DNA of 64,000 nucleotides from Octopus sinensis (GCF_006345805.1 NC_043004.1:88102001-88166000), one strand, 5' to 3'. Positions 35,873 to 48,936 are shown, counted from the stretch's first letter. Program-made: numbers and translations. Notes: generated by a model from the letters alone, not told the origin.

Positions 35873-37019
35873 TAACAACAACAACAAGAACAACAACAAA
35901 AACAACAACAACAACACCACCACCACCACCACCACCACCCTTGCCCATCAATGGCTAGTGTCTTCTGGCTTAAAATAAGAGACAGAACGGTTTATTATAG
36001 CATTAGTTATTCGATATATTTTTTCTAATTTTTGCGTTTGAAATATAATTTGGTTTATTTTCCATGCGAAGTGCGTCAGTAATTTGTTTTTTTAATCTTC
36101 AGTGCACCGTAAAGACAAGAAGTTGGAGAAAGTATTGTTCTACGTTCTGAATCAAAAAGCTATCGTGGTAGCACTTAAATGTTAGTTACAGAAGTACTAG
36201 TCTTATACGATAATCTAGTTATACAAGTACATTTTCTCACACCAAACCTGTTCTTGTGCACTGAGGGCAGGTCTTCGTTGTTTTTGTTCAGTCTCAGATT
36301 TGCCCACAGCGGGCAAACTCTATGGTCGATGGTTTTCTAACGATAGCAATATCATTTTTTCTGTGGTTTGGCACATTAAGCTCAACGTCATTCAATGCGT
36401 TTTTCTACCTCTAAAATGGCAGGAGAGTGACTTGAGGGAAATTTGGCTGCTTTTTGTAACAGCCCAAGCGATCACTTAAAGATCCCTCCTTGGGTCATCT
36501 GCCTTTCTAGCGATGATTTTCTATATTTCGCTAACCTTCAGAGAATTTTAGTATACAGTATATATCATCAAATTAGAAAGCACGTTGCAAATCCACTTTC
36601 CTTGACAAAGTGTGAAATTACATCTCTCCTGCATTATTGTGAAGCCTCGCTTCATTAACTTCAACAGAAGTTCTAAGTTTGTTCAAACAAAGATCATATA
36701 AGATCCTGAAAGCATTCCTTTCAGATTTAAAATTAGTATTAGGGTTAAAAATGAAAGTAATCTTAAGATAATGAATACAATTTACTTCGTGATAACTAAA
36801 AAGAGACGCCGTATAAAAGCTCCATAAATTGAGGTGGTCACTACATAATATGTCTATCTGCATATGAAGATACGTAAGTATAGTTGCATAGTGAGGAAAC
36901 TCGCTCAGAAGCCTCATAATTCCGAGTACGATTGCATTGCTCGACTCCTTGGGTGTTTTTTTTTTATAATAGTCTTGATTGGTTGACCAAAACCTTGTAT
37001 GAGAATTCTGTGGAAGCCC

Positions 37020-37022
37020 GTC

Positions 37023-37111
<89 letters not shown>

Positions 37112-37112
37112 C

Positions 37113-37185
<73 letters not shown>
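37020..37185. repeat. (ATCT)n microsatellite
   Basis: Direct. Confidence 0.97.
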
Positions 37186-37187
<2 letters not shown>

Positions 37188-37189
37188 GA

Positions 37190-37542
37190 GCACCGCCTTT
37201 AGTCGAGCAAATCGACCCCAGGACTTATTCTTTGTAAGCCTAGTACTTATTCTATCGATCTCTTTTGCCGAACCGCTAAGTTACGGGGACGTAAATACAC
37301 CAGCATCGGTTGTCAAGCGATATTGGGGGAACAAACACAGACGCACAAACATATACTCACATACACATATATATATATACATATATACAACGGGCTTCTT
37401 TCAGTTTCCGTCTACCAAATCTACTGACAAGGCTTTGGTCGGCCCCAGGCTATAGTAGAAGACACTTGCCCAAGGTGCCACGCAGTGGGACTGAACCAGG
37501 AACCATGTGGTTCGTAAGCAAGCTACTTACCACACAGCCACG
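37190..37542 (-). mobile_element. SINE family B, 3' tip lost
   Basis: As 22565-22945. Confidence 0.9.
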
Positions 37543-37544
37543 CC

Positions 37545-37790
37545 TAATTAATTCAAATAAACAAACTAAAAATGTAGAGATAAAAACAGAAAAAAATTAA
37601 CATGAGGACGTGCACAAGGAATATATTAATTTGACACTCGGTGAAGGGAGAAAGTTGTTTACGTTTCGAGCTTAGCTCTTCGTCGGAAGGAGAAGAGCCT
37701 AAAGGGAAACACGGAAAAATAAGGAAAAATAGCCAACAATCAACGTGCGGTTACATTTCTGAAGTGACCGGAAGTGGAAGGAGAAAGAGA
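37545..37790 (-). mobile_element. Hammerhead-bearing element, H2-related, degenerate
   Basis: Minus 37661-37686: CCGACGA A GAGC taa GCTC GAA ACGT, followed by ccgagtgtcaaattaata. Confidence 0.55.
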
Positions 37791-37904
37791 AAGTGGTTTT
37801 CGGGACAGGGGAATGTGAAGATGGTGTGTCTCTGTTGTTTGTGTGTGTGCGTGCGTTTGAGTGTGTGAGTATGTGTGTGCGTGGGTGCGTGTAGATATGT
37901 GTGT

Positions 37905-37962
<58 letters not shown>

Positions 37963-38598
37963 GTGTAGATCTCTAGCTTACGTATTTTGTGTAAGAAACG
38001 ACACTAAACTTCACCCCTTCCTCTTCAAACATTCTCGAACAATCATTGCACTACAAACGACATTAGACATCCCTTTCTCGTTCTCGGCGTCAGAAATTCA
38101 GTGAACCAATGGTTGTCTCGATGAATTTGATAGACGGAAAATGTAGGAAGAACATATAGATAAGTGCAAGCGACCATACTTGACGTGGGGAAACGAAAAT
38201 TCGTATGGCGTTTGAAATTTCTCTGTTTGTCCGTCCGTCTGCCCGTCTGTCAGTCTCAAGAAAAAAAGATGGGTTTTACATCGAGGTTGATATGGATTTG
38301 CGCTTACAACCCATCGGTGACGGTAGTGCTATCCACCAGTGTTGTTGCCGTCTACTATGTACAGTGAATTGATCTATCTAGGCTGTAAGCAAGGGTTGAG
38401 TGTATGGAGCTCCTGGGATATTGAAAACCATCGCTGATGTGGTTCAAATCACGTTGACACCTGTTTGGCTTCAGCTATTACGGTAAGGATGTCAAAACGA
38501 GCAGCAAACCGCCATTGAATTTAGCTCTGCAAGTTTCACAATATGAACATATCAAACGGTTCAGGTCTAACGCTTTAACCCATGAACGGTTATCTGCT

Positions 38599-38745
38599 AT
38601 CTGCTATATATGTGAGGGGATTCTGCAAAGTTCTTGGCTTTGGGTAAAAGAAACAACAGGAAGATCAGTTAATCATAATTTTATTCGACGTTTTTCTCTG
38701 TCAGGTTCGCACTCTTATTGCAGTTGTTCTTCAGTATTTCTGAGC
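38599..38745 (+). repeat. 147-bp target-site duplication, left copy (right copy 39134-39280)
   Basis: Seven substitutions and no indels between copies; they flank the SINE exactly. Confidence 0.9.
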
Positions 38746-39133
38746 CCGTAGAGGCGCAATGGCCCAGTGGTTAGAGCAGCGGACTCGCGGTCGTAGGATC
38801 GCGGTTTCGATTCCCAGACCGGGCGTTGTGAGTGCTTATTGAGCGAAAACACCTAAAGCTCCACGAGGCTCCGGCAGGGATAGTGGTGATCCCTGCTGTA
38901 CTCTTTCACCACAACTTTCTCTCACTCTTACTTCCTGTTTCTGTTGTACCTGTATTTCAAAGGGCCGGCCTTGTCACTATCTGTGTCACGCTGAATATCC
39001 CCGAGAACTACGTTAAGGGTACACGTGTCTGTGGAGTACTCAGCCACTTACACGTTAATTTCACGAGCAGGCTGTTCCGTTGATCGGATCAACCGGAACC
39101 TTCGTCGTCGTAACCGACGGAGTGCTTCCATCC
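38746..39133 (+). mobile_element. tRNA-derived SINE family D with probable RTE-type 3' tail
   Basis: A box 38760-38770, B box 38803-38814, tail cacgagcaggctgttccgttgatcggatc..gacggagtgc with (TCCA) end; a tail fragment is also at 45235-45330 (minus). Confidence 0.85.
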
Positions 39134-39142
39134 ATCTGCTAT

Positions 39143-39366
39143 ATATGTGAAGGGATGCTGCAAAGTTCTTGGGTTTGGGTAAAAGAAATAACAGGAAGAT
39201 CAGTTAATCATGATTTTATTCGACGTTTTTCTCTGTCAGGTTCGCACTCTTATCGCAGTTGTTCTTCAGTATTTCTAAGCTCAGCAAAAGAACTCGGAAG
39301 GATGGGCCTCCAACCAAACATTTCGCGATACCCTTAAAAACAGGAACTTTTCAGCACTCCCTCAGA
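39143..39366. mobile_element. Mariner-derived MITE (host of the SINE insertion)
   Basis: Ends gagggNNtgctgNaaagttc..ggaacttttcagcactccctc; homologous in reverse to 56641-56845. Confidence 0.7.
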
Positions 39367-39421
39367 TAAATAACACACACACACACCTACTCACACACAT
39401 ACATAAATACACACACACACA

Positions 39422-39459
<38 letters not shown>

Positions 39460-39641
39460 GAGGCAATTATGCGGATAAACAAATTAAATATAACAGAAAA
39501 TTTTCTCTGTCGTTTGTTATTCTGTGTAAGTTTGGAAATATCTGGAGATATCTGTATATGTATACTTAAATATTCATCGTCTGAAAATCTTCAGTCATTG
39601 CTTTCTTTCTGTTTACATACATATATACATACATACGTATA

Positions 39642-39707
<66 letters not shown>

Positions 39708-39744
39708 ATATTATATGTATATATATATATAATATATATATATG

Positions 39745-39779
<35 letters not shown>

Positions 39780-40938
39780 CATACACACACACACATACAT
39801 GCGTGTATGTGTGTTTGTGTGTGTGAAATTATGGGTCAGGAGCGTAAGTGAATCGAAATAAGTACAGTGAGAGACAGAAAAAAAGTTTTCTGGGTATATA
39901 AGTATATTTTACATCGATAATCTTCTTTGAAGATTGGAACCAATATAATCCCGGTAATTTTCGATTGGATCTTTGTCTCTGCAATTCAATTTCTTCCAAG
40001 TTTTCTCTGCTAAAATAACACAATTGCTGCTTACTGTATTCTGCTATGCCAAATAAACATTCAACTATTGTTTGACTTATCGCTTCGTTATTGTCACTTC
40101 TTTTATCCTACAATAAACGCATTGAACAGCTAAAAATGTAGTTTATTGATAAGAACAGTGATACGTACCGTAGCTAATCTCATATATTTCTATTACATGG
40201 ATCATCTGTTCTGGAAAATAGAAAGTTTCAAAATAGGAAATTTCCATATAGTTTAAAGAATCTCGTCTCTCTTGTTCTCGTCTACTACGATCTTGTGATT
40301 ATGTAACGAAATACCTATAAGAAACTGTCTATTAGTTGAGATTCTAACCTAACATTTTCAGCTTTAAATCTATACGGTAAGTTAATGAATTTCCGATATA
40401 ATTTTCAGTTCGTGTTCGGTATATTACACCATTACTTAGTAGTTTCGATAAATAATTAGACAAAAGACAGATACGATATTGTTGTTCTTTTTTATTAACT
40501 ACAGTCTATCGAAAACTATACAGGTAGAATGTCTGTATCTATGAAATAGCATTTCGGATATTAACCAGATTGTATTCTTTCGGTCTTATATTATTTTTCA
40601 AATTTACCTTCTTTGAGATTCTCCTGATATGCTACCTTTATAGCAGGACTGATATAATAACCCAGTTAATCTGGTTTTCCTATTAATCCCTGATCACGTA
40701 GTGAGGTTCAATAGCTTGTTTCCATACAATACATACTTACATACATGCATGTATGCATACATACATACATACATACATAAAGACACATATATATTTACGT
40801 ATACCCATACTCATAAATATATTTGTATGTATGTATACGTACATATCTGTATATATATATATATATGAGCATTCGTGCACATGATTGCACATTTATATTA
40901 TATACACACATACTTATGCACATACATCTATATATGTG

Positions 40939-41021
<83 letters not shown>

Positions 41022-41105
41022 TACATCCATATATACACAAACATATACATATGCCAATCATTAATCTGAATCAGCACTCGTATAACGTGTTCATGTGCAT
41101 GTATA

Positions 41106-41142
<37 letters not shown>

Positions 41143-41150
41143 ATTATATA

Positions 41151-41181
<31 letters not shown>

Positions 41182-41589
41182 TGAATTCATGTTCATGCAC
41201 ATTTATAGTATACGAGTGTTGATTGAGTTTAGTGCTTTGGTAATCGAATCGGAGGACATGTTGACAGACCGCATGCTGAGATTGTTTTCAACAGGATCTG
41301 TAAAAGATAACAGCCGACAAAAGAATAAAGAAGAAAGAATTGTCTCCAAGCGCTAAAGCATGCTGCATTGTCTCCTACTATTATTTCTTACATTAAAAAC
41401 AAGGTTTTCTTTGAAGTTAAAGGTAAAGAAACTTCAGTTTGTATCTTGTCTAAGGAATATCGACATCAAATAACTTTTTTTTATTCGTCCATTTTTTTTT
41501 ATTGTCAATTGAAGATAATTTATTTCTATATAGAATGACAATGCACCGACAGAAATACGTTCAAAGTTGTTTCTTGGTGGTCAACACAG

Positions 41590-41740
41590 GCGTAGGTGTG
41601 GCTGTGTGGGTAAGAAGATTGCTTCCCAACCATATGGTCTTCGGTTCAGTCCCACCGTGCAGTACCTCGGGCTAGTATTTTCCACTATAATCGCAAAAAC
41701 GTTTTGAGTGGATTTGGTACACAGAAACTGAGAGAGAAGC
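41590..41740 (+). mobile_element. SINE family B, 5' half, running into (TATG)n(ATCT)n
   Basis: gtggctgtgtgggtaag..ggttcagtccc..gtggatttggtac. Confidence 0.8.
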
Positions 41741-41843
41741 TTATCCTGTATGTATGTATGTATGTATGTATGTATGTATGTATGTATGTATGTATGTATG
41801 TATGTATGTATGTATGTATGTATGTATGTATGTATGCATCTAC

Positions 41844-41957
<114 letters not shown>

Positions 41958-41984
41958 ATCTACGTATTATTTATGTAGTTATAA

Positions 41985-42870
41985 TATGCGTGTTCTGATT
42001 AATAAATATCCGGACTATTATCATAGTAACGAAGTTAAAGTATACAGAATAAAGCCGCTTGGCAAAAATTGAACTTAAGTGCTGTTGTGCATGCGCACTA
42101 AGTTTTAACATTTTAGCTCACTTCCGCTATTTACAGCAGTGCTTGAAACTAAGGTGGGTAGCGTTTGATTACATTAACCTTAACAGAGAAAGTTGAGCAG
42201 AGAATCTGCATCAAATTTTGCCAAAAGCTTGGCGATACCTGATCAGAGGTGTACGCAATATTTTCAAAAAGTTTTCACCGTTCTCGTCACTATCAAGTAG
42301 ATCTTGTGCAACTGAAACCCGAGTGTCTTCTTTGTCAGCTGAAAGGAGTTTTGGCACAAACTTGGCAGACACATGTTTCCTCGCAAAATCTTCAGTAATA
42401 ATGGACTGAACTGAATCGTTACTAATCTACATACCCTCTGATAACTCACGGTTGGTGATTCGGTGATTTCTGCTCATAGCTGCACGTACATCTGCGATGT
42501 TTTTCTCAGTTCTGCTGGTCGCAGGTCTCCCAGAACGTTCATCAATATCGACATTTTTTCGGCCATCTTGCAAACGTCTGAACCACTCGTACACTTGTGA
42601 ATGGCTCTTACACTCCTCTCCATACACTTTCTGCAACATTTTGTAGACCTCTAAGCAAGTATCACTATGACAATTTTCTCTGTTGTGTTTAGTGCGATGA
42701 TCACACGCTACAAACGTTCCTTTCAAGCATTGCTGCAAGCAACAGAGTTGAGCTTCAACGTTAAAACTTAGCGCACATGCACGGCAGAATTTTAGGTCTA
42801 TCTTTGCCAAGCGGCTTTACTCTGTGTGCTTTAACGTCGTTACTATAGCAACAGTCTGGATACTTATTTA
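41985..42870. mobile_element. Composite of two inward-facing mariner 5' ends
   Basis: Plus: TIR/UTR to EQRICIKFCQKLGDT (about 41985-42260). Minus: TIR/UTR to EVYKMLQKVYGEEC..VYEWFRR..DERSGRP..KFVPKLL (42870-42265). Confidence 0.8.
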
Positions 42871-43688
42871 TCAGATCTTGTCTCGTAAATATAAATAAAT
42901 ATATATTTGCGTGTGTGTCTGTGTGTCTATGTTGTTTGTATTGTGCTTATCCCCCACTTCAGCTTGTAAACTGGTATTAGATTGTTTAGCCACATCTCTC
43001 ATCCCCCGCAAAACTGATTTGCAAAAAAGACTGACTGAATAAAAACCAAACTTAAAAATAAGTTCTGGGGTCGATTTCTTCGACCAAAACCTTCAAGGCA
43101 GTGTCCCAGCATGGCCACACTTCACTGAAACATCATAAAACATAGCAAGGAAAAACATCAAACAAACAAGGAGGTTTATAACAAAACCAACTTAACCAGC
43201 TTTAAATTGCTGTCAGAAAAAGCATTTTGTTTGAGACGTTTTTGAATTTCAAAGTTCTTTACGTTGTCAGTTAATATCATTTTATCTTCGAACATGGCTT
43301 TCATCTTTTGTCTAAACTTCTTTCGTTGATTATCGTTGGTGGTATTAGTTATGCAATGAAATCTTTGAAATTTTCATCAATTTAGTGTACGAAGAATGAA
43401 TACTCCACTTCTTTTTCTAATTTTGTACTGATCCTTTAATCGCTTTAGAATACAGGAACTCGCTCTTTTACAGGGAACATATTTATAGTTTTTCTACGTA
43501 CATTTTTTAAATGCGCTGAAATAATTCCTAAGTATAAAACACTATATTAAGAAATACTATTAAGTTCTTAAAAGATTCATGTGCATTTTCTATTTCCCGA
43601 ATCTTTCTATTCACAATATTTGTGAGAGCTTTTGTTTGATTTCAGAACACAAACGTAATTGTTTTATACCCGATATTTATATCACCAG

Positions 43689-43712
43689 GAAGTGCAGCGA
43701 ATGGGAAGAATG
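43689..43712 (+). other. Candidate 24-nt micro-exon 1
   Basis: caccag|GAAGTGCAGCGAATGGGAAGAATG|gtaaca; splice dinucleotides only, no transcript evidence. Confidence 0.2.
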
Positions 43713-43761
43713 GTAACATGCAGGACACAATGTCTTTTGGTATTTAGTTACATTCTTTTAG

Positions 43762-43785
43762 ACACGGACTTCAAACATTGTCAAG
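43762..43785 (+). other. Candidate 24-nt micro-exon 2
   Basis: cattcttttag|ACACGGACTTCAAACATTGTCAAG|gtagga. Confidence 0.25.
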
Positions 43786-43939
43786 GTAGGAGTTGTGGTA
43801 GGGGAGGGGGTAAACTTTGTTTTCGTATGATAAAGTCGATAACATACATACCAGTCGTGCAGTAGAATCGGTCTGATTGAGAAGACTTGGTCACCAAGGG
43901 CATGAACTTGTGCTAATGCATATCTTAATATCTACTCTC

Positions 43940-44345
43940 TCGTTTTTTACTCTTTTTCTTGTTTCAGTCATTTCATTGTGGCCATGCTAGAGCGCCGCAT
44001 TTAGTTGAGCAAATCGACCCCAGGACTTATTCTTTGTAAGCCCAGTACTTATTCTATCGGTCTCTTTTGCCGAACCGCTAAGTGACGGGGACGTAAACAC
44101 ACCAGCATCGGGTGTCAAGCAATGCTACGGGGACAAACACATACACACAAACATATACACACACACACTTATATATATATACATATATACGACAGGCTTC
44201 TTTCAGTTTCCGTCAACCAAATCCACTCACAAGGCATTGGTCGGCCCGGCGCTATAGCAGAAGACACTTGCCCAAGATGCCACGCAGTAGGACTGAACCC
44301 GGAACCATGTGGCTGGTTAGCAAGCTACTTACCACACAGCCACTC
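43940..44345 (-). mobile_element. SINE family B, full length
   Basis: As 22565-22945. Confidence 0.92.
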
Positions 44346-45234
44346 GTCGACGTTTTTTCTTTATTAGAGACTTATAAAATGAGTTGACTCATTTAATGTC
44401 AGAATAAGACTTATAGAAAAAATAGGGGCTTAAATCTAATGAAAAATTTATAAAATCTAATCATAAGCAAGTAAAATTATACTAAATACACCTAACTTGA
44501 AAGCTTTTTCCCCCTGGCCATATAATCGATTCTGAAAACTTTTGTATGCAAAGTTTACATAAGCGTTTTTAAAACAATTTTTATCCTAAAAAATCACCTG
44601 ATATTTTCGTTTTAAAGTGAGAGAGGAGAAAGTGGAAGATGTATGAACGTATATATGAAATCGATGTGTGTGTGTGTTTGAGTTTATGTGTGTGGGGCGA
44701 GAGAGAGAGTGCCACTTACACATACATGGAGAACACACACGTTCACTTTCCCTCTCACACTCACACATGCACACGTACATACAAAAAAGATGTACGCATA
44801 TGTATTGATGTATGTACGTATATATGACACGCATCTCTCCACTCACTCTCTTTCTCTCTCTTTATCGCTCTCTTTATCGCTCTCTTTCTTTCTTCTTTCT
44901 TTCTTTCTTTCTCTCTCTCTCTTTCACACACACACGTCCATTTCATATACAAGTACATACATCTTTCACTTTCGTCTCTCTTTTACTTTAAAACAAAGGT
45001 AAATAAATAAAAAAAATTCACGGAAATTAACAAATTCCGGATGATGAAATCACATTCAGTTAAAAACCTTTCCAAATGATTAAAATATTGTGTACGTCAA
45101 AAGTCGACGTTTTTTTTTCTATTCTTAGAGAGCGCCAAGACTGTGTGTATATGTCATAGATAACGGACGTGTGTTTGTGTTGATTGACACGCCATGACAA
45201 TCATTATATGTGTGTGTATTCTGTATGTGTGTAT

Positions 45235-45330
45235 GTGTTGACATGAACGGAACAGCTTGCTCGTGAAATTAACATGCAAATGGCTGAGCACTCCAGACGC
45301 ACGTACACTTAACGTAGTTCACTGGGAATC
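45235..45330 (-). mobile_element. SINE family D / RTE tail fragment
   Basis: Reverse complement of 39010-39085. Confidence 0.7.
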
Positions 45331-45748
45331 ACCTATATTATTGATTCATTTCTTATCATTTTTTATTTGTTACCCTACATAATAACAGAGTCAATGATAT
45401 CTTTGCAAATTATTTTTTTCTCATGAATTATTTGCTCCGTACTGAAATTATTTTTTCACTGGTGGCTGCCATGATTTCGGCGCAAATGCTCAGTTGCAGC
45501 GCAGACGGGTTGGAGGTGTCTATCATGGTAACGAGGGCTGAGGAAACTGAGGCTATTATGCCAGTGGAGAAACTGGTCCACGTGGGTCCAAATGCTTGAA
45601 TATATGCTGGGAGATTGACTTAGCCCGTTTGGCTTCAGAGGGTTGATTTTTGCAATTATTATCAGTGTATTTTGGCGATTTAAATAAAACTTTTACAGTT
45701 ATTTCCAGCAGGTAGACATACTTAGTGTGTCCTTTGATTAATTTTAAT

Positions 45749-45790
<42 letters not shown>

Positions 45791-45839
45791 GTGCACGAGT
45801 GTGTCCTTTGATTAATTTTAATACACACACACACACATA

Positions 45840-47710
45840 TATATATGTGCACGCGCGCGCGTGTGTACTGAATAACCTTCATGAGGAATTACTTGGGTAT
45901 TCATGTTTATAATGTTAATATTATGTAAATCCAACTCCACTACATGTGGTTGTCGGAAACTGAAAATCTGCCAAAATAATTTTAGGAGCTGACGAGAATA
46001 TGCGAGGGACAACTATTTGATTAACAAATTAATTAATTGATTAATTAGGTATTTAATTATGCGTACAAACGAACAGCTAGTGATAAAATGGAAGGTTCCT
46101 CTAATCATTCACAACGTTGGTATCTTGTGTAAAGTTATGTAACGACATCGTTTTCACATTTCTTCTCTCTACCTCTCTCTCTCTCACACACGCACATACA
46201 CAGACATACACGCACCCGCATATATATATATATGTATATATATTTTATGGATACTCCCACATACTTATTTGTGCGAATATATGCCTATATATTTAAGAAT
46301 ATTTAAGAATATATATATATATATATATGTGTGTGTATGTGTGTGTGTGTGTACACACATAAAAATATACATCTATAAATATATATCTATATGTACATAT
46401 ACATATATGTGTATATACATATACGTGTACGCACGTACATCTCTACACGCTAATGCACACGCACACACAAACACACGCACACACAAACACACGCACACAC
46501 ACATGTCTATATATGTAAATAAACTTTTGAGAAAATGTTCTTAATTAGAAAAAGTTTTCTGGTCGTCTTACTATTGATCTTATACGTTTTGAAATATACT
46601 TGGTATGTCATTGATACGTGCGGAAATGTTCGTTTGAAGATGGTATTAATATAAATAACAATAACGGCTGTAACAAGAGACGCAATAACATATTAACAAT
46701 GATAAGATATTGATATATATTTATATTTGTATCACCATGTGTGTGTATGTCTGTGTGTGAATGTGCGTTTACGTGTTCATATAAGTTATAAGAATATATG
46801 AGGACTAGCATTATGACCTGTCGTTGCCGGGTCATAGTGCTAGTGCATGTATATATGTGTATATATATGAGTACATATTACATGTACATCTATGTATATA
46901 CATCTACACATAAAATACAAAATACAAAGATATATCTTGATATCGCTAGTGATAACAATACTTCAAATATATAACAGACTGGAATTGTAGGCCCGTCTCT
47001 TGCAATTTCGATCAATTGTATCTTGTCCCCCCTCTTGTATAGAAGTATGGCTACAATCCAGCCTACCTCTATTTCTGGAGGGACATTTAAAATTTTTATC
47101 CGGGACGACCTACGTCCCAGATATAAAGGTAAAAATAAAATATTTCCACTTTGCAAGGTTCGAGTCGAGTACTCCCTTGCACGCTCCGTTGACTCGAACC
47201 TTGCTTCTATTGTGGCGAATTTATCGCCTCTGGTTAGATATCTTTCATAGTCGCACCAAGACACTTTTCGATGGTGCTTTCCTCCAGGTGTTCAAATCTT
47301 TTTTTTCTCTACATTTGTATACTTTATAGGCAATAGTCTTTTCTTTAATTTTATTTTTTATTTCGTTTGGTGGTATTATCCTAGATTCACCATCTTTGTC
47401 GGTATCAATCCGAAATAGGTTTGTATTTCTTCCATTTTAATTTTAATGAGTTCGCGCCCGCCGATGGCTGCAGCGAAATTCATTTTTGGACTTTCTTCTA
47501 TCGAAGGCATTCTAACAAAAATGCTTCCGTATAAACGGTGAAAATATTGTCAGTTTCCCCAAATAGGGACACAATTCAATTTTTAAACAATAACCAAAGC
47601 TCCTTTTCCCAAAGGGGGAGGGTTACAGTTTACAATTATTTAACAAATGCAACACAACAATGTTTCCCTTACGAGGAACCAACAAACGTGATAACAATAG
47701 TTAAACAGTT
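45840..47710 (+). repeat. ~1.9-kb direct duplication, copy 1 (copy 2 at 51440-53297)
   Basis: Near identical; differences are mostly 1-2 base indels. Confidence 0.92.
46880..47520 (-). mobile_element. 5' fragment of a non-LTR retrotransposon ORF1 (Tx1/L1-like gag), frameshifted
   Basis: MPSIEESPKMNFAAAIGG..KFATIEARFESTERAREYSTRTL..LPLYLGRRSSRIKILNVPPEIEVGWIVAILL; family assignment from memory. Duplicate at about 52480-53105. Confidence 0.5.
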
Positions 47711-48129
47711 ATAATAAATAACACAACCTTACGGTGAATCAAAAAGCAGTACGCAGTTGAAGTTATAGTCCTTATGTATAAGAATTAAACTAACAGCAGT
47801 ACCCAGTAGAAGTGGTTGTTCGAGAAAACAGACATTACATACAGCCAAACTTCATAAAAATACTTAATGCTAGCTAATTAGCAGATAATCTAATGTAAAA
47901 GCCGTGGTAAACGCTATGTGCACAGCTCATCTGGACTATTCCATTTCTGCACGCTAATTTTATTTTTATTTATCCCATCATGTGAAACCACTTATTCAAG
48001 TTCATCATTGATGCAAATTTATACCAATTGCTATTTTTACTTTTGTTATGTTACGATTATATTATACTTTAGTTTGATTTTAATTATTACGTACAACATA
48101 TAATTCAATTGTTATTATTATCTCTAATT

Positions 48130-48518
48130 TTTATTGTTAAAGTGAAATTATCTGACATAAAATAGAGAAATGTTTTTGTTTCACTTTTAACACGTAATAC
48201 TGAAATAGTGTAGAGGATATGATATTGCTCTAGGCAAGAAGTTGAGCACATTTTTGCCCATGAAACTACATGGACCCTAAGTAAGGCATGTGTAAAATTT
48301 GAATGAAATCGGTTGTGTAGTTCTCAAGTTTTAGGGAATCGTAGTGGAGAAGATATGATATTGCTGTGGGCTCGCCTAGGCAAAAGTTAAAAATCTTTTG
48401 GCCGATGATGGACACTCCCCGGACCCGAAGTAAGGCATGTATAAAATTTGAATGAAATTGGTTGTGTAGTTCTCAAGTTTAGGAAAGAGAGACAGACATT
48501 CTCAGTTTTATATATAGA
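48130..48518 (-). mobile_element. Non-autonomous Helitron 5' part with ~140-bp tandem duplication
   Basis: Minus strand starts TCtatatataaaactgagaatg; same family as 15790-16086. Confidence 0.65.
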
Positions 48519-48586
48519 GCATTAATAATTAGTATTTATATAAAATTCACAAATAAACGTATATATACATATATATATATAGGTAT

Positions 48587-48622
<36 letters not shown>

Positions 48623-48799
48623 TTATATATATATATACATATATATACATAATAGCTATATGCATATCTTTGTATATATGTATACCTATATGCGCCGTAA
48701 CGCACATGTATACATACAAAATACATGCATTGGTAATATATATGCAGAATGTAAGTATGGTATGTATATCTATACAGATATAGTGCATGTATTTATTGC

Positions 48800-48830
<31 letters not shown>

Positions 48831-48936
48831 CATATATATAATATATATATGATATATAATAATATGTGATATATAATAATATATATTTTACAACCATCCA
48901 GCATTCTGAACACCTTTATAATATATATATATATAT

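Noticed and set aside
38382-38482. AG..GTAAGG bounded 101-nt exon candidate
   Set aside because: Stop codons in all three frames and no supporting context.
38752-38825. tRNA-like sequence with A and B boxes
   Set aside because: No proper acceptor stem closure and it continues into a SINE body with a TSD; it is a SINE head, not a tRNA gene. The same applies to all other A/B-box hits.
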